Below, piece by piece: positions 9,385 through 20,400 of a stretch of DNA of 64,000 nt (position 1 is the first letter of the stretch; each line of letters starts with the position of its first letter). This DNA is from Candidatus Korobacter versatilis (lineage in GTDB: Bacteria > Acidobacteriota > Terriglobia > Terriglobales > Acidobacteriaceae): contig JACPNR010000009.1 in NCBI GenBank assembly GCA_016185395.1, positions 295,843 through 359,842 on the forward strand, written 5' to 3'. The notes below the pieces were generated by a model. It saw only the letters and a program-made list of their open reading frames with translations, was not told where the DNA came from and did no database searches. The position numbers were made by a program, and so were the translations under genes.

Positions 9385-11382
9385 TTGCAGACCGTGGACT
9401 TCAAGCTCCAATCCGACTACACCCCGCAGGGCGACCAGGAGCGCGCCATCGAGCAGCTCGTCCGCGGACTCGCCGATGGCGAGAAACACCAGGTGCTGCT
9501 CGGCGTCACCGGTTCGGGCAAGACGTTCACCATGGCGAAGATCATCGAGCAGTTGCGCAAGCCCGCGCTCGTGCTCGCCCATAACAAGACGCTCGCCGCG
9601 CAGCTTTATCACGAGTTCAAGAGTTTCTTCCCCACCAACGCCGTTGAGTACTTCGTTTCGTATTACGACTACTACCAACCGGAGGCGTACATTCCCGCCG
9701 GCGACGTCTACATCGAGAAGGAAGCCACCATCAACGACGAGCTCGACAAGCTGCGTCTCTCGGCGACGCGTTCGCTCTTCGAGCGCCGCGATTGCATCAT
9801 CGTCGCGTCGGTGAGCTGCATCTACGGTCTCGGTTCGCCCGAGGCCTACTACGGCATGCTGCTCTTCCTCGAGAAGGGACAGACGATCAAGCGCGAGGAC
9901 ATCACCCGCAAGCTCGTCGAGATCCTCTACGAGCGTAACGACGGCGACTTCCGTCGCGGCACGTTCCGCGTCCGCGGCGACGTCATCGAGGTCTTCCCTA
10001 CTTACGACGACAACGCCTACCGCATCGAGCTGTGGGGCGACCAGGTCGAATCGCTCTCGCAGATCGACCCCCTGTTCGGCACGGTGAAGCACAAGTACGT
10101 CCGCCTGCCCATCTATCCCAAGACGCATTACGTGATGACGCCGGAGGCGCGCGGCAACGCCATCGTCTCCATCAAGGAAGAGCTCATCTGGTGGGAGAAG
10201 GAACTCGAGAAGCAGGGCCGGCTGGTCGAAGCGCAGCGCGTGCATCAGCGGACGATGTTCGATCTCGAGATGATCAAGTCCGTCGGCTACTGCCACGGCA
10301 TCGAGAACTACTCACGGCATTTCTCCGGACGCCTCCCCGGCGAGGCTCCGCCCACGCTGCTCGACTACGTGCCGCGCGATTACCTGCTCTTCATCGACGA
10401 ATCGCACCAGACCGTCCCGCAATTGCACGGCATGTATCACGGCGACCGCTCGCGCAAGACCACGCTGGTGGAATACGGCTTCCGCATGCCCTCTGCGATG
10501 GACAACCGCCCGCTGACTTTTGAGGAGTTCGAGCATCGCGTGAACCAAGCGGTATATGTCTCTGCAACCCCAGGGCCTTACGAGCTGACGCGTTCGGCCG
10601 GCGTCGTCGTCGAACAGATCATACGGCCCACGGGACTCGTCGATCCGGAGGTCGAGGTACGTCCGGTGAAGGGACAGATCGACGACCTGCTGCACGAGAT
10701 CCGCGCGCGCGTGGAGCGCGGCGAGCGCGTGCTCGTCACCACGCTGACCAAGCGCATGGCCGAGGACCTGGCCGAGTACTACGCCGAGGTCGGAGTGAAG
10801 TGCCGCTACATGCACTCGGAGATCGAGACGCTGGAGCGCATCAAGATCCTGCGCGGACTGCGCAAAGGCGAGTTCGACGTGCTCATCGGCATCAACCTGC
10901 TGCGCGAGGGACTCGACCTGCCGGAAGTTTCGCTCGTTGCCATCCTCGACGCCGACAAAGAAGGCTTCCTGCGTTCCGCCGGTTCGCTCATCCAGACCAT
11001 CGGACGCTGCGCACGCCACCTCGAGGGACGCGCCATCCTCTACGCCGACCGCATGACCGACTCGATGAAGAAGGCGCTCGACGAGACCGATCGCCGCCGT
11101 GCCATCCAGCGCGCGTACAACCAGGAGCACGGCATCACGCCGGAGTCCATCGTGCGCCCGGTGGAGATGTCGCTCGCCGCCATCATCGAGGCCGACTACG
11201 TGGACATCTCTTCGGCAGACGATGGGCTGCCGGAGTTCAAGTCGCAAGAAGAACTCGACGCCTACATTGTGAAGCTCGAAGTCGAGATGCGCGAAGCCGC
11301 CAAGCGCTTCGACTTCGAGAAAGCCGCGAAGCTGCGCGACCTGGTCCGCGACCTGCGGACGAAAGAGTTCCTGTTCGCGTAA
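9385..11382 (+). CDS. uvrB: Excinuclease ABC subunit B
   Basis: Walker [11 protein letters not shown], helicase motifs, and a C-terminal UVR motif [19 protein letters not shown] start as in the track. Confidence 0.95.
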   Translation: MQTVDFKLQSDYTPQGDQERAIEQLVRGLADGEKHQVLLGVTGSGKTFTMAKIIEQLRKPALVLAHNKTLAAQLYHEFKSFFPTNAVEYFVSYYDYYQPEAYIPAGDVYIEKEATINDELDKLRLSATRSLFERRDCIIVASVSCIYGLGSPEAYYGMLLFLEKGQTIKREDITRKLVEILYERNDGDFRRGTFRVRGDVIEVFPTYDDNAYRIELWGDQVESLSQIDPLFGTVKHKYVRLPIYPKTHYVMTPEARGNAIVSIKEELIWWEKELEKQGRLVEAQRVHQRTMFDLEMIKSVGYCHGIENYSRHFSGRLPGEAPPTLLDYVPRDYLLFIDESHQTVPQLHGMYHGDRSRKTTLVEYGFRMPSAMDNRPLTFEEFEHRVNQAVYVSATPGPYELTRSAGVVVEQIIRPTGLVDPEVEVRPVKGQIDDLLHEIRARVERGERVLVTTLTKRMAEDLAEYYAEVGVKCRYMHSEIETLERIKILRGLRKGEFDVLIGINLLREGLDLPEVSLVAILDADKEGFLRSAGSLIQTIGRCARHLEGRAILYADRMTDSMKKALDETDRRRAIQRAYNQEHGITPESIVRPVEMSLAAIIEADYVDISSADDGLPEFKSQEELDAYIVKLEVEMREAAKRFDFEKAAKLRDLVRDLRTKEFLFA

Positions 11383-12075
11383 TTACTCCGGCGCCTCGGG
11401 AACGCGATACTTCCATCCCATGTACCGGGTGCAGCACCGCTTCAACTCGCGCGCTGTATAGCTCTTCTTGATCTTGCCCGATGGAAGGGCAACCTCGTAG
11501 CCCATCACTTGGCCCATCATGCCGCCGAATCGCGAACTTGACGGGACTTCGGCGAACACAAGCAGCGTTTTCGCGTCCACCCAGGCGAGCGGCATCACGT
11601 TGACCCAGTCGCCTTCCGGCCCGTAGCCTCCGCAGGCATCGGGCGACCACTTGCTCCTGCAGATGACGAACCGGTCGGCTATGTCCCTGCGCGCCGCGCC
11701 GGCTAAATCGAACTCGCGCACGCTATCGCCTTCAAGGAACTCGACACGGAAGTCGAAGCCGCCGATCGCGCTGGCGCCCCCCGCAATCGTGAATGCGTCC
11801 GATGCCGGAGACCAGAGGACCTCGTACTGGTTCCACAATGCAGGCAGTTCCAACGGGACCGCCTTCCCGCCGACACGAAGCTCAACCTTCGGCAGCCAGA
11901 GCGAAGCTTTGTTGACCGATTCTTCAGCGTAGCGTACGCGGAGTATCGTGCGGCGATCTGGCGACACGATCGTCTTCTCGGGAGAGGGCTTCTCGCACCA
12001 CTTGTCAAAGGTACGAGCGGCGCGTGCGTAGGTGTCGTCGCGCGCAGAGGCCGCCGCCAGCAGAACCAATAACAC
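11383..12075 (-). CDS. Exported hypothetical protein carrying an unnamed WSP(D/A)S...EVAxPSG domain
   Basis: Hydrophobic N-terminus LLVLLAAASA. The body aligns by eye with the C-terminal domain of the 48215..49600 protein. Its stop abuts the uvrB stop (TAATTA). Confidence 0.6.
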   Translation of the reverse strand: MLLVLLAAASARDDTYARAARTFDKWCEKPSPEKTIVSPDRRTILRVRYAEESVNKASLWLPKVELRVGGKAVPLELPALWNQYEVLWSPASDAFTIAGGASAIGGFDFRVEFLEGDSVREFDLAGAARRDIADRFVICRSKWSPDACGGYGPEGDWVNVMPLAWVDAKTLLVFAEVPSSSRFGGMMGQVMGYEVALPSGKIKKSYTARELKRCCTRYMGWKYRVPEAPE

Positions 12076-12174
12076 GACGGCGAGCTGTTTCAGCTACCAA
12101 AGGAAGGCGCCGCAAGCTGGTTAGCCTGCGGCGCTTCTTTTCCGTCTACCCTCCCCCAAGGTTCAACGGAAAAC

Positions 12175-13755
12175 TTAGTCTGTTCTGGCTTTTAGAACCA
12201 CTCCTGCAGACTTTCCTGCCGCATCAACGCGTTCAACCCGGCGGCTCGGCTGGTCGCCTATTTCCACCAGGACGCTGCCATCAACCAGGGCGCCGATCAT
12301 CAGAATGGGCTCTTGGCTTCTCCAGACCCAAAGGATCTTTCCATCAAGAACGTTGAATGCGACGATGGCTCTGTCACCCGCAAAGAAGCCTCTATCATCC
12401 TCCCCCAGCAACATGTTCCAAGCCTTGCGGTCCTTCGGTGGTAGCACGGGCATGTGGTACTCATGAACGGCATCGCCATTGACGCGAAAGACTGACCCTC
12501 GCTCCAAAAGCGCCTTACCATCCAGAATGCTTCCGAGCTGCCCACGCGCAGGGATGAGAGCACCGCCGTGCCCATCAGGAATAGGGCTACCCCAGGGATA
12601 AAGCCATTCGGTAGGTCTTTCCCACGTGACCGTCTGGACTTGGCGACGGATCGTCCGCCAAGTGGTCTCCCCATTGTCGTTGACAGACAGCAGTTGCAGA
12701 TGACTGTCCACTGTGAGCTTGGCCGTGAGCGAGGAGATCAATAGCTCAGGTGCACAGCCGGTCGCATCAAAAGTCGCGTTCAACGTATTGATGGGGAGAT
12801 AGACGGTGTCATTCTCGTCAGTGAAGAGACTCCCGTGGCTACTCGGTCCTGACCGCGATACCGAGGAACCGGGAACGCATTTCGCTCCCATTCCCGGCGG
12901 CGGAACGTACCCTACGTGCTGAGTCAGATTAGTAGGTAGTGGGATCTGTACCTTTCGTTCACCTGTCTCCCCATCGAGCGCAGTCAGCACAGGAACATCT
13001 GGATGATCCTCAACGATGTAAAGCAGGTTGCCGTCTGTATATGTGTAAGCCCACCAAGGAGCAGTAGAAACGCGCCATCGCTCAGTACCGTCGTGGCGCA
13101 GTGCTGCAGTCTGGAACGCGCCACTGACCGCGATTGCAACCACTGCCCCTCCAAAATTGTCACCGCAAATTAGCCGCAGGTCCAAAGGTTCACGCGGCGA
13201 AGGCCAAACCCACTTTTGAATGCCGCTCTCATAGAACGCCCGAATGTAACTACCTTTGTCAGTGCCTTCCTGAACATATAGATCCGGCGTTTCCTCACTG
13301 ACCTTCCGCGATTGCAACTGGTTTCTGACTCGAGCCCCCTCGAGCAACGGCGGCATTGATCTCGCGACCGTTCCCGGCGGTAATTCCGGACCAGGGTACA
13401 CAGTCACATTCGCGGTGAACTCACGTCCGTCCACTGTCGCCCTAACCATTCCCTTGCCCGGCGCAAGCGCCGCGACGTACGACGGACCCGAAGCACCCGC
13501 CACCTCGGTGGGATCGACCAATGCGTCACCATACTCCACGCCCACCGCAATCACTCCATCTCCACTTTCGATGGACCAGAGAGCACTCGTAACATCGCGG
13601 CCCTGCCTGTCCAGAACTTGCAGCCGTTGGCGCCCTCCCACGACTAATCCAACCGGGTTCGGCGAAATCAGGTACTCGCTGTCCTGGGCTCTAGAAATAG
13701 CAGACCCACTCAGCAGCCAGAGAGCAATCACAAACAGCTGCAATCGCTTCCTCAC
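12175..13755 (-). CDS. Exported protein, Ig-like (Big_2-like) N-domain plus a probable beta-propeller
   Basis: Signal peptide RKRLQLFVIALWLLSGSAISRAQ. GTG start overlaps the upstream REC stop (GTGA). Repeated DG...W blades seen by eye. Visibly AT-richer than its neighbours. Confidence 0.7.
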   Translation of the reverse strand: MRKRLQLFVIALWLLSGSAISRAQDSEYLISPNPVGLVVGGRQRLQVLDRQGRDVTSALWSIESGDGVIAVGVEYGDALVDPTEVAGASGPSYVAALAPGKGMVRATVDGREFTANVTVYPGPELPPGTVARSMPPLLEGARVRNQLQSRKVSEETPDLYVQEGTDKGSYIRAFYESGIQKWVWPSPREPLDLRLICGDNFGGAVVAIAVSGAFQTAALRHDGTERWRVSTAPWWAYTYTDGNLLYIVEDHPDVPVLTALDGETGERKVQIPLPTNLTQHVGYVPPPGMGAKCVPGSSVSRSGPSSHGSLFTDENDTVYLPINTLNATFDATGCAPELLISSLTAKLTVDSHLQLLSVNDNGETTWRTIRRQVQTVTWERPTEWLYPWGSPIPDGHGGALIPARGQLGSILDGKALLERGSVFRVNGDAVHEYHMPVLPPKDRKAWNMLLGEDDRGFFAGDRAIVAFNVLDGKILWVWRSQEPILMIGALVDGSVLVEIGDQPSRRVERVDAAGKSAGVVLKARTD

Positions 13756-14528
13756 TCCGACGCCTGCAATGTCTTGACGTGCGCTTCGAGCGCGCGCGAG
13801 TACTCGCGCTCGGCCGTGAGCTCTGACTGGAGCTTCTTCACCAACGACTCCAGCCGCATGATCTCGTTCTTCAGTTTGGCGGCGTCCATGGTCGCAGTGG
13901 CGGTAGGGCGCACCGGCATGGGTGGCGCCACGTGAGCAGGCGCGGGCGCCGCAGCGGCAGCGGCCGGTGCGGCCATGGGAGCAGCAACCGGGCGCGGCGC
14001 GGGCGGCACATAAGCCGGCTGCGCCGGAGCCGGCCGCATCGCCGACGCCGGCCTCGGCGCCGGGTGACTGGCGGAAGCGAAGATGCTGCTGAGCGCGGCG
14101 GAAGCGGCTTCCGGCGGCGGCACGGCCTGTACCGGCGCGCCGGGATACAGCAGATGCTTCACGCGCGTGATCAGGTCCTGCGGCTGGAACGGTTTGCGGA
14201 TGAGCTCGTCCGCTTTCACCGCGAAGGCTTTTTCGGCGACCGCGCGATTCACCACGCCGGACATCAGGATCACGGGCGTCTTGCCCAGCACCGGATGCTG
14301 CTTGATGTACTGGCAGACCTCGTAGCCGTCCTTATCGGGCATGATGACGTCGGTGATGACGATGGACGGCCGTTCCTGCTCGATCATGGCGAGCGCCGAG
14401 GCGGCGTCGTTGCACGCCACCACGTTGATGTTCTCGCGGCGAAACGCGATCTTGATGACCTCGCGCATCGTCGCCGAGTCATCGATGAAATAGATCGTTG
14501 GGGTGGCGCCCTGCGCCAAGTCGCTCAT
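13752..14528 (-). CDS. Response regulator receiver with a Pro/Ala-rich linker and a C-terminal coiled coil
   Basis: Canonical REC residues (FIDDS, IVITDVIMPDKDG, LMSG, IRKPF). The tail KLKNEIMRLESLVKKLQSELTAERE is heptad-like. Confidence 0.85.
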   Translation of the reverse strand: MSDLAQGATPTIYFIDDSATMREVIKIAFRRENINVVACNDAASALAMIEQERPSIVITDVIMPDKDGYEVCQYIKQHPVLGKTPVILMSGVVNRAVAEKAFAVKADELIRKPFQPQDLITRVKHLLYPGAPVQAVPPPEAASAALSSIFASASHPAPRPASAMRPAPAQPAYVPPAPRPVAAPMAAPAAAAAAPAPAHVAPPMPVRPTATATMDAAKLKNEIMRLESLVKKLQSELTAEREYSRALEAHVKTLQASE

Positions 14529-15307
14529 TGCGGACCTCCTCCAGCCACGTCGTGCTCGCCCTCATCTACCTCGCGCAGTGCGTCGAGCATCAGCTCGGTG
14601 GCCGAACGCAGCACGGTCCGGGTTGCGGCCGTCGCGCCCGGGACGAACTTGTACACGCCCACTTCACTGTTGTTGCAGTTCTTCACGATGTGGATCACGG
14701 CGTCGTCACCGATCATGTCGCCGGCCTCGGCGTGCGAGACGTCGCCGAGGTCGAAGAAGATGATGCCGTCGAGCGAGCCGGCATTCACGTGCAGCGCGCC
14801 CGTCTGCCGCGAGTGGTTGAGCATCTGCACCACGCCCGGCAGGTCGAGGTGCGAGAGCGAGCCGGAGAGCGCCGTGTCCGACGCGCCCAGCATCTGCGTG
14901 GGCTGGAAGCCTTCTTCGTGCGAACGCAGGAAGCTGCGCACGTGCGTGGCGATGGAATCCGGCCCGACGCGGCGGTCGATGTAGTCATCGCATCCGGCGC
15001 GGAACGCTTCCATCAGCGCCTGGTCGCCGCCGTCGCCCATCGCGAGGATGGGGATGTGCGCCGTCTTGATGTCGGAGTGCAGCAGCTTCGGCAGCTCGTA
15101 CGCTCCCATCTCGCGCAGGTTGATGGCGCACAGGATGGCGATCGGCGTGTCCCATTCGAGCGAGGTGAGCGCAAACGCCGACTGCGTGGCGTGCGTCACC
15201 TCGAAGCCCTCTTTTTTCAGCGCCTCGGTCAGCCGCTTGGCAAAGAACACGTTGGCGTCGATCACCAGGATCTTGGGAAGGCCCGGCGCTGTTCCGGCTG
15301 CGCTCAT
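14525..15307 (-). CDS. Degenerate receiver domain fused to a DUF4388-like domain
   Basis: REC-like fold, but AILCAINLREMG occupies the place of the phospho-Asp strand and DYIDRR the place of DYxxKP. The C-terminal part LSGSLSHLDLPGVVQMLNHSRQTGALHV..GIIFFDLGDV matches the DUF4388 pattern. Confidence 0.75.
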   Translation of the reverse strand: MSAAGTAPGLPKILVIDANVFFAKRLTEALKKEGFEVTHATQSAFALTSLEWDTPIAILCAINLREMGAYELPKLLHSDIKTAHIPILAMGDGGDQALMEAFRAGCDDYIDRRVGPDSIATHVRSFLRSHEEGFQPTQMLGASDTALSGSLSHLDLPGVVQMLNHSRQTGALHVNAGSLDGIIFFDLGDVSHAEAGDMIGDDAVIHIVKNCNNSEVGVYKFVPGATAATRTVLRSATELMLDALREVDEGEHDVAGGGPQ

Positions 15308-15729
15308 GCCGCCACCCCCGATCCGATCAGCCGCTCGAGGTCCACGACCTCGATGATCTCTTTGTCGAGCGCGAGCAGGCCGATCACGTGCTTGGGCAGC
15401 TTCCCTGCCGGCGGCAGCAGCTCGGCCGTCGTGAGCTCACACTCGCCGGACACGGGGATGGCGGTCCACTCGCTGCCGTCCGAGAACTTGCGCGTGGCGA
15501 TGAGGAAGAACTTGCGCGGCGGCGCATCCGGCCCCACGAGCACAGGCGCGACGTCGCACACGGGGATGATGTGCCCGCGGCGGACCAGCACGCCGGTGAG
15601 CAGCTTCGACGTGTGCGGGAAATGCTGCTCGCGGTCGGGATGCGCCAGCTCCGTCACCGACGCAGCCGGCAGCGCGAAGCGCTTCTTCCCGATGGGAAAC
15701 AGCACGAACGAATTGGGACGCGACGTCAT
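15304..15729 (-). CDS. cheW: CheW-like coupling protein
   Basis: 141 aa from ATG 15729 (MTSRPNSFVLFPIGKKRFALPAASV...), a CheW-like fold pattern. The 324-aa track ORF is an upstream extension running through the neighbouring gene. Confidence 0.8.
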   Translation of the reverse strand: MTSRPNSFVLFPIGKKRFALPAASVTELAHPDREQHFPHTSKLLTGVLVRRGHIIPVCDVAPVLVGPDAPPRKFFLIATRKFSDGSEWTAIPVSGECELTTAELLPPAGKLPKHVIGLLALDKEIIEVVDLERLIGSGVAA

Positions 15730-16238
15730 GCGGTGGCCGCTCCCCTTTTCGCTTCTTCGGCTCCCGCCACAGCCGCTTGCAGCACCGTGAACTCCGCCTT
15801 CGACATGAACGCCGCCGGGTCGATCACCGGCACCACGCGCTCCTCGATCATGGCCAGCCCGCGATACCACTGCCGCTCTTCCCCTTGGAACGCGCGCGGC
15901 AGGGCGTGCAGCGAACCGATCTCGATGATGCGCTCGGTGTGGTCCACCAGCACCGCGGCTGCCGAATCGCGCAGCACCAGCAGGCGCGTGCCCTTCGAGG
16001 GGAACAGCCGGAAGTGCAGGTTCGAATCCACCACGAAGTACTTCTTGCGGTCGCGGTCGAGCACGTGCTTGAACTTGCCGAGACGCGGCGTGGCCGCTCC
16101 CGCAGGCAGCGGACGGATGCCATCGAGGTTGCGGATCTCTTCCACGGCGTGCGCGGCGATCGCGAAGGTGTAGCTGCCCACGCCGAAAAGGATCATCGCC
16201 TCGCTCTTCCCTCTTGGCTTCTTCTCGGTGCGCCTCAC
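15726..16238 (-). CDS. cheW: CheW-like coupling protein (second paralogue)
   Basis: ILFGVGSYTFAIAAHAVEEI... is CheW-like. GTGA overlap with the cheB stop and ATGA overlap with the next cheW. Confidence 0.75.
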   Translation of the reverse strand: MRRTEKKPRGKSEAMILFGVGSYTFAIAAHAVEEIRNLDGIRPLPAGAATPRLGKFKHVLDRDRKKYFVVDSNLHFRLFPSKGTRLLVLRDSAAAVLVDHTERIIEIGSLHALPRAFQGEERQWYRGLAMIEERVVPVIDPAAFMSKAEFTVLQAAVAGAEEAKRGAATA

Positions 16239-17422
16239 AGGGCACCGACCCTTGCTGCGCCGTAGACATAGAGCACACGTTTTTCGAGCGCCGGAAAGAT
16301 GTTCTCGATGCCGAGCACCTGGTCCACCGCGCCGGTCTTGATGGCCTCGGCGTTCATGCCGAAGATGACGGAGGTGGCTTCGTCTTGCGCGATGACGTGT
16401 CCGCCCTGGTCCTTGATGATCTGTACGCCGCGTGACGAGTCATTGCCCATGCCGGTCAACACGACGCCGATGGACATCGGCCCGGCAAATTGCGCGACCG
16501 TCTCCATCGTCACGTCCGCGCACGGGCGGTACCCGGAGATGCGTGGGCCGTCGTCGAGCGTGATGCGACCCGTCTGCGTGACGCGGAGGTGGTGCGAGCC
16601 CGGACAGACGTAGAGCACGCCCGGCTGCAGCAGCTCGCCCTGCTCGGCTTCTTTCACCTTGATCTGCGCGATCTCCGCGAGCTGCGTGGAGAACTGCGAG
16701 GTGAACGTTCCCGGCATGTGCTGCACCAGGATGACCGCGCCGGCAAAGCCTGCCGGGAAACGCGGGATGAAGTTCATCAGCGTCTGCGGACCGCCGGTCG
16801 AGGCGGCGACTACGACAACCGGGAATTTTCCATTGCCACGCGTCGCGGTAGGCGCTGGAGCAGCCGCAGGCGCGGCCTGCTTCGCCATCGCCGGTGCAGC
16901 GGCGGCAGCGCCACTGGCGCGCGCGGCCACCGGAGGCGGCGCGGGCTCGGTACGCGGCGCCGAGGTCGCGATCTCTGCCCCAAGCTTGGTGCGGACGGCT
17001 GTGCGGACCACCCGGACTTTCGACGCCAGCCGCAGCTTCCGCACCAGCTCTTCGCGGACGCTGTTCATGTCGAGGTCGATGCCGCTCGAAGGTTTGGCGA
17101 CAAAGTCGATGGCGCCGAGTTCCAGCGCCTTGAGCGTGATGTCCGCGCCATCGCGCGATTCCGAACTTACGATCACGATCGGTTTGGGCTGCTTCGACAT
17201 GATGATCTCGGTCGCCTGCAAGCCGTCCACGTGCGGCATGTTGATGTCCATCGTCAGCACGTCGGGATTGAGCTGCTCCGTCTTCTCCACCGCGTCTTTG
17301 CCGTCGCGCGCTTCGCCGCACACTTCCATCGACGGGTCCGCGCTGATGATGCTCTGCAGCACCTTGCGCATGAACGCTGAGTCGTCCACGATCAATACCC
17401 GGATTCGCTTGTCGAACGCCAT
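16235..17422 (-). CDS. cheB: Chemotaxis response regulator protein-glutamate methylesterase with a long Ala/Pro linker
   Basis: REC (VLIVDDS, DVLTMDINMP). Methylesterase motifs ASTGGPQ, VQHMP, GMGNDS. Confidence 0.92.
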   Translation of the reverse strand: MAFDKRIRVLIVDDSAFMRKVLQSIISADPSMEVCGEARDGKDAVEKTEQLNPDVLTMDINMPHVDGLQATEIIMSKQPKPIVIVSSESRDGADITLKALELGAIDFVAKPSSGIDLDMNSVREELVRKLRLASKVRVVRTAVRTKLGAEIATSAPRTEPAPPPVAARASGAAAAAPAMAKQAAPAAAPAPTATRGNGKFPVVVVAASTGGPQTLMNFIPRFPAGFAGAVILVQHMPGTFTSQFSTQLAEIAQIKVKEAEQGELLQPGVLYVCPGSHHLRVTQTGRITLDDGPRISGYRPCADVTMETVAQFAGPMSIGVVLTGMGNDSSRGVQIIKDQGGHVIAQDEATSVIFGMNAEAIKTGAVDQVLGIENIFPALEKRVLYVYGAARVGAL

Positions 17423-17428
17423 GTCTCT

Positions 17429-20400
17429 CTAGGTCGTCCCCACTGCCGCTTTCGTCTGCGTGCCGGCCCCGCCGATGAGCGCCGCGACCTCCGCCAGGAA
17501 CTGGTCTTCCTGCACCGGCTTCACCAGGAAGGCCGCCGCGCCTTCCTTGAGGGCGCGGTCTTTGTGCTTCGCTCCCGCGCGCGACGTCACCACCATCACG
17601 GGGATGTGGCGTGTCTCCGGCGATTGCCGCAAGTGCGCGATCAACTCGTAACCGTTAGTACGAGGCATCTCGAGATCGGTCACGACCAGATCGCAGCGAG
17701 TCTGGGTGGCGATCTCGAGAGCCTCGAGTCCATCGGACGCAAGCTTCACGCGGTAGCCTGCCTTCTCGAGCATGCGACCAACGAATTTGCGTACGCTGAT
17801 GGAATCGTCGGCGAGCACCACGACCTTCTCCTCCACCACCTCGTCGATGGCCGCCGCGGGGATCTCGCCCTTGGCGACCGCCGCGGCGCCCGGCGCGAAG
17901 ATGCGCGCCGCCGTCGCTGAGGCCATCAGCGGACGCCGCTCGATCGCTTCACCCGCGATCAACCGGTTCACGTCCACCAGGAGGATGAGGCTGCCGTCCG
18001 GCGCAATGGTCGCGCCGGGGAACATCTTCATGTTCCGCAGGTACTCGCCCAAACTTTTGATGACTATCTCGTCCTTGCGCAGAACCTCTTCGACCACGAT
18101 GCCGACCTGCCGCGCGGCCACGTTCACCAGCACCAGCCGGTAGTAGCCGTTCACCGGCTCGACCTCAGGAAGCCCGAGGTGCGTATCGAGGCGGACGATC
18201 TCGGTGACGACGTCGCGCACCTTGGTCAGCAGCTTGCCGCCGACTTCCTCGATCTCGTCGGCACGCAGCCGGCGTATCTCCTCGACGAACGCCAGCGGGA
18301 GCGCGAAGGTCGCCTCGCCGCAGCGCACGAACAACGCCTGCGAGATGATGAGCGTGAGTGGGACCTTCAGCGTGAAGCGCGAGCCGCGTCCCTTCTCGGT
18401 GTCGATCTCGATCTCGCCGTTCAGCGCGGCCACGTTGGCTTTGACCACGTCGAGCCCGACGCCGCGTCCGGCCAGTTCGGTCTTGCGTGGCGCGGTGGAG
18501 AATCCCGGGTGGAAGAGCAGGTCGAGCAGATCGCGCTCGGTCAGGCGTTCGATGTCGTCTTGAGCGACCAGGCCGGCCTCGATGGCGGTGGCGCGGACGC
18601 GGTCGTAGTCGATGCCGCGGCCGTCGTCCTCTACCTCTATATAGATGTGGTTGCCGCGGTGGTATGCGCGCACCGCGATGTTGCCCGAATCGGGCTTGCC
18701 GGCCGCGTAGCGCTCGTCGTGCTTTTCGAGGCCGTGCGCCACGGCGTTGCGCACCAGGTGGACGAGCGGGTCGGATATCTGCTGGATGATGTTGTTATCC
18801 AGTTCCGTCTCCGCGCCTCCGAGCGTCAGCTCCACTTGCTTGTTCGAGGCCTTCGCCGCATCGCGTACCGTGCGCGAGATGCGCGTATAGAGATTGCCGA
18901 TGGGCACCATGCGCGCCTGCGTGATCTCGTCCTGCAGGCGGTGTGCAAGCTTGGTGAACTCGTCGATATCGGAATCCACGCGGCGTACGAAGCCATCGAG
19001 CTGCGTCAGCACCTCCGTGATGTCGGCGGAGATCTCGGAGAGCGACCGCGACAGGATGTTGAAGTCGTCGTAGCGGTCCATCTCCAGCTCGCTGAACTCC
19101 GCCAGCGACGCGTCATACGAATGCGTGTAGCTGGAGTACCCGCCGCGATACGGCGAATCGAAGCTGATCCCCTTCTCCGCCTTCGGCTTCGGCGCGTTCG
19201 ACGTGATTTGTGAGAACTCGTGCTTCTCGGTGAACTCGGAGACCTTGTCGGACATGCGTCCCTTGGAGAAGTTCAGCACGTCGGCGAGTTTTTCCAGCTC
19301 GGCAAGACGGCCGAGCATGCGCGTACGGTTGATCACCAGCTCGCCGACCGCGTTCATCATGCGGTCCAGCCGCTCCAGGCCGATGCGCACCGACTTCGAC
19401 TGCGGCATCGCGACCGGCTCCTTGCGCAGCACGGTCTCGTCGTCCTCTTTCGCTTCGACGTGCGGCTCGCGGCGCACCGGCTCGATGTGCATCGGCGCCG
19501 CGACTTCCGGGACCGCGGACTCGGCGGCGACTCCGGACTGGGCCGGAACGTGCGCGGCCTCCGCAGCAGGCGATTCCGCTACCGCAGGCGCAACCATCGG
19601 CGCGGCAATCCCTTCCTCGCCTTCCTCCGGCGCGAGGCGCCCGATGCGATACATCAGCGCGCGCGTCGAGGCCTGCATCGTCAGCTCGTCCGGCCACTGG
19701 CGATAGAGGAACTTCTTCAGGATATCGACAGACTCCAGGCACAAGTCCACGATCTCAGCGGAGGGCTTGAGCTGCCCTTCGCGCAGCCGTCCGACCAGGT
19801 CTTCGGCCCGGTGCGCCACGCGCGAGATGCGCAGTAATCCCACTTGCGCCGCCGCGCCCTTGATGGTGTGGATAGCGCGGAACAGCCGGTTGATGTCTTC
19901 CGGATTCGGGTTCGCCTCGAGCGCGAGCAAGCACTCGGTCACGACCTGCAAATGCTCTTCCGCCTCCGGCACGAAGAATTCCAGGATCTCTTCCGGGACT
20001 TCTCCATCCGCGGGCAGGTCCGCGATCTCCGGCAGCGGCGCTTGCTCCGCGACCGTACCCTCGGACTGTTCGAGATACGCCGGCTCTTCTTCGGCTTCCG
20101 CCGGCGCCTGGAACGCGAACGGATACTTCTGCTTGAACGACGCGATGTCTTCGACCGCCTCCGCCGACGTCGCGCTGATCATGATCAGGTCGGACTCGAG
20201 CACCGCGATGGCTTCCGAGATGAACTCGACCAGCGGTCCGGCAGCGTCCGGACCTATCGTTGCGTTCATCGCGTATTGGAAAATGTGCGCCAGCTTGCCG
20301 CTCACGTCGGAAAACAGCGGGTAGCCGTAGCTCGCCGAAGTCCCCGCCAGCGTGTGCGCCGAGATGTACAACCGCTCCAGGTCCTCCGGCACGGGATATG

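Noticed and set aside
7483-10296. 937-aa minus-strand ORF
   Set aside because: It runs antisense across both the GltD/NfnB-like gene and uvrB, which have unambiguous motifs. The composition is junk-like.
15730-16278. N-terminal 183 aa of the 324-aa track ORF
   Set aside because: It overlaps the second cheW-like gene in another frame and is Arg/Gly/Ala-rich. A CheW-sized product starts at ATG 15729 with an ATGA overlap.
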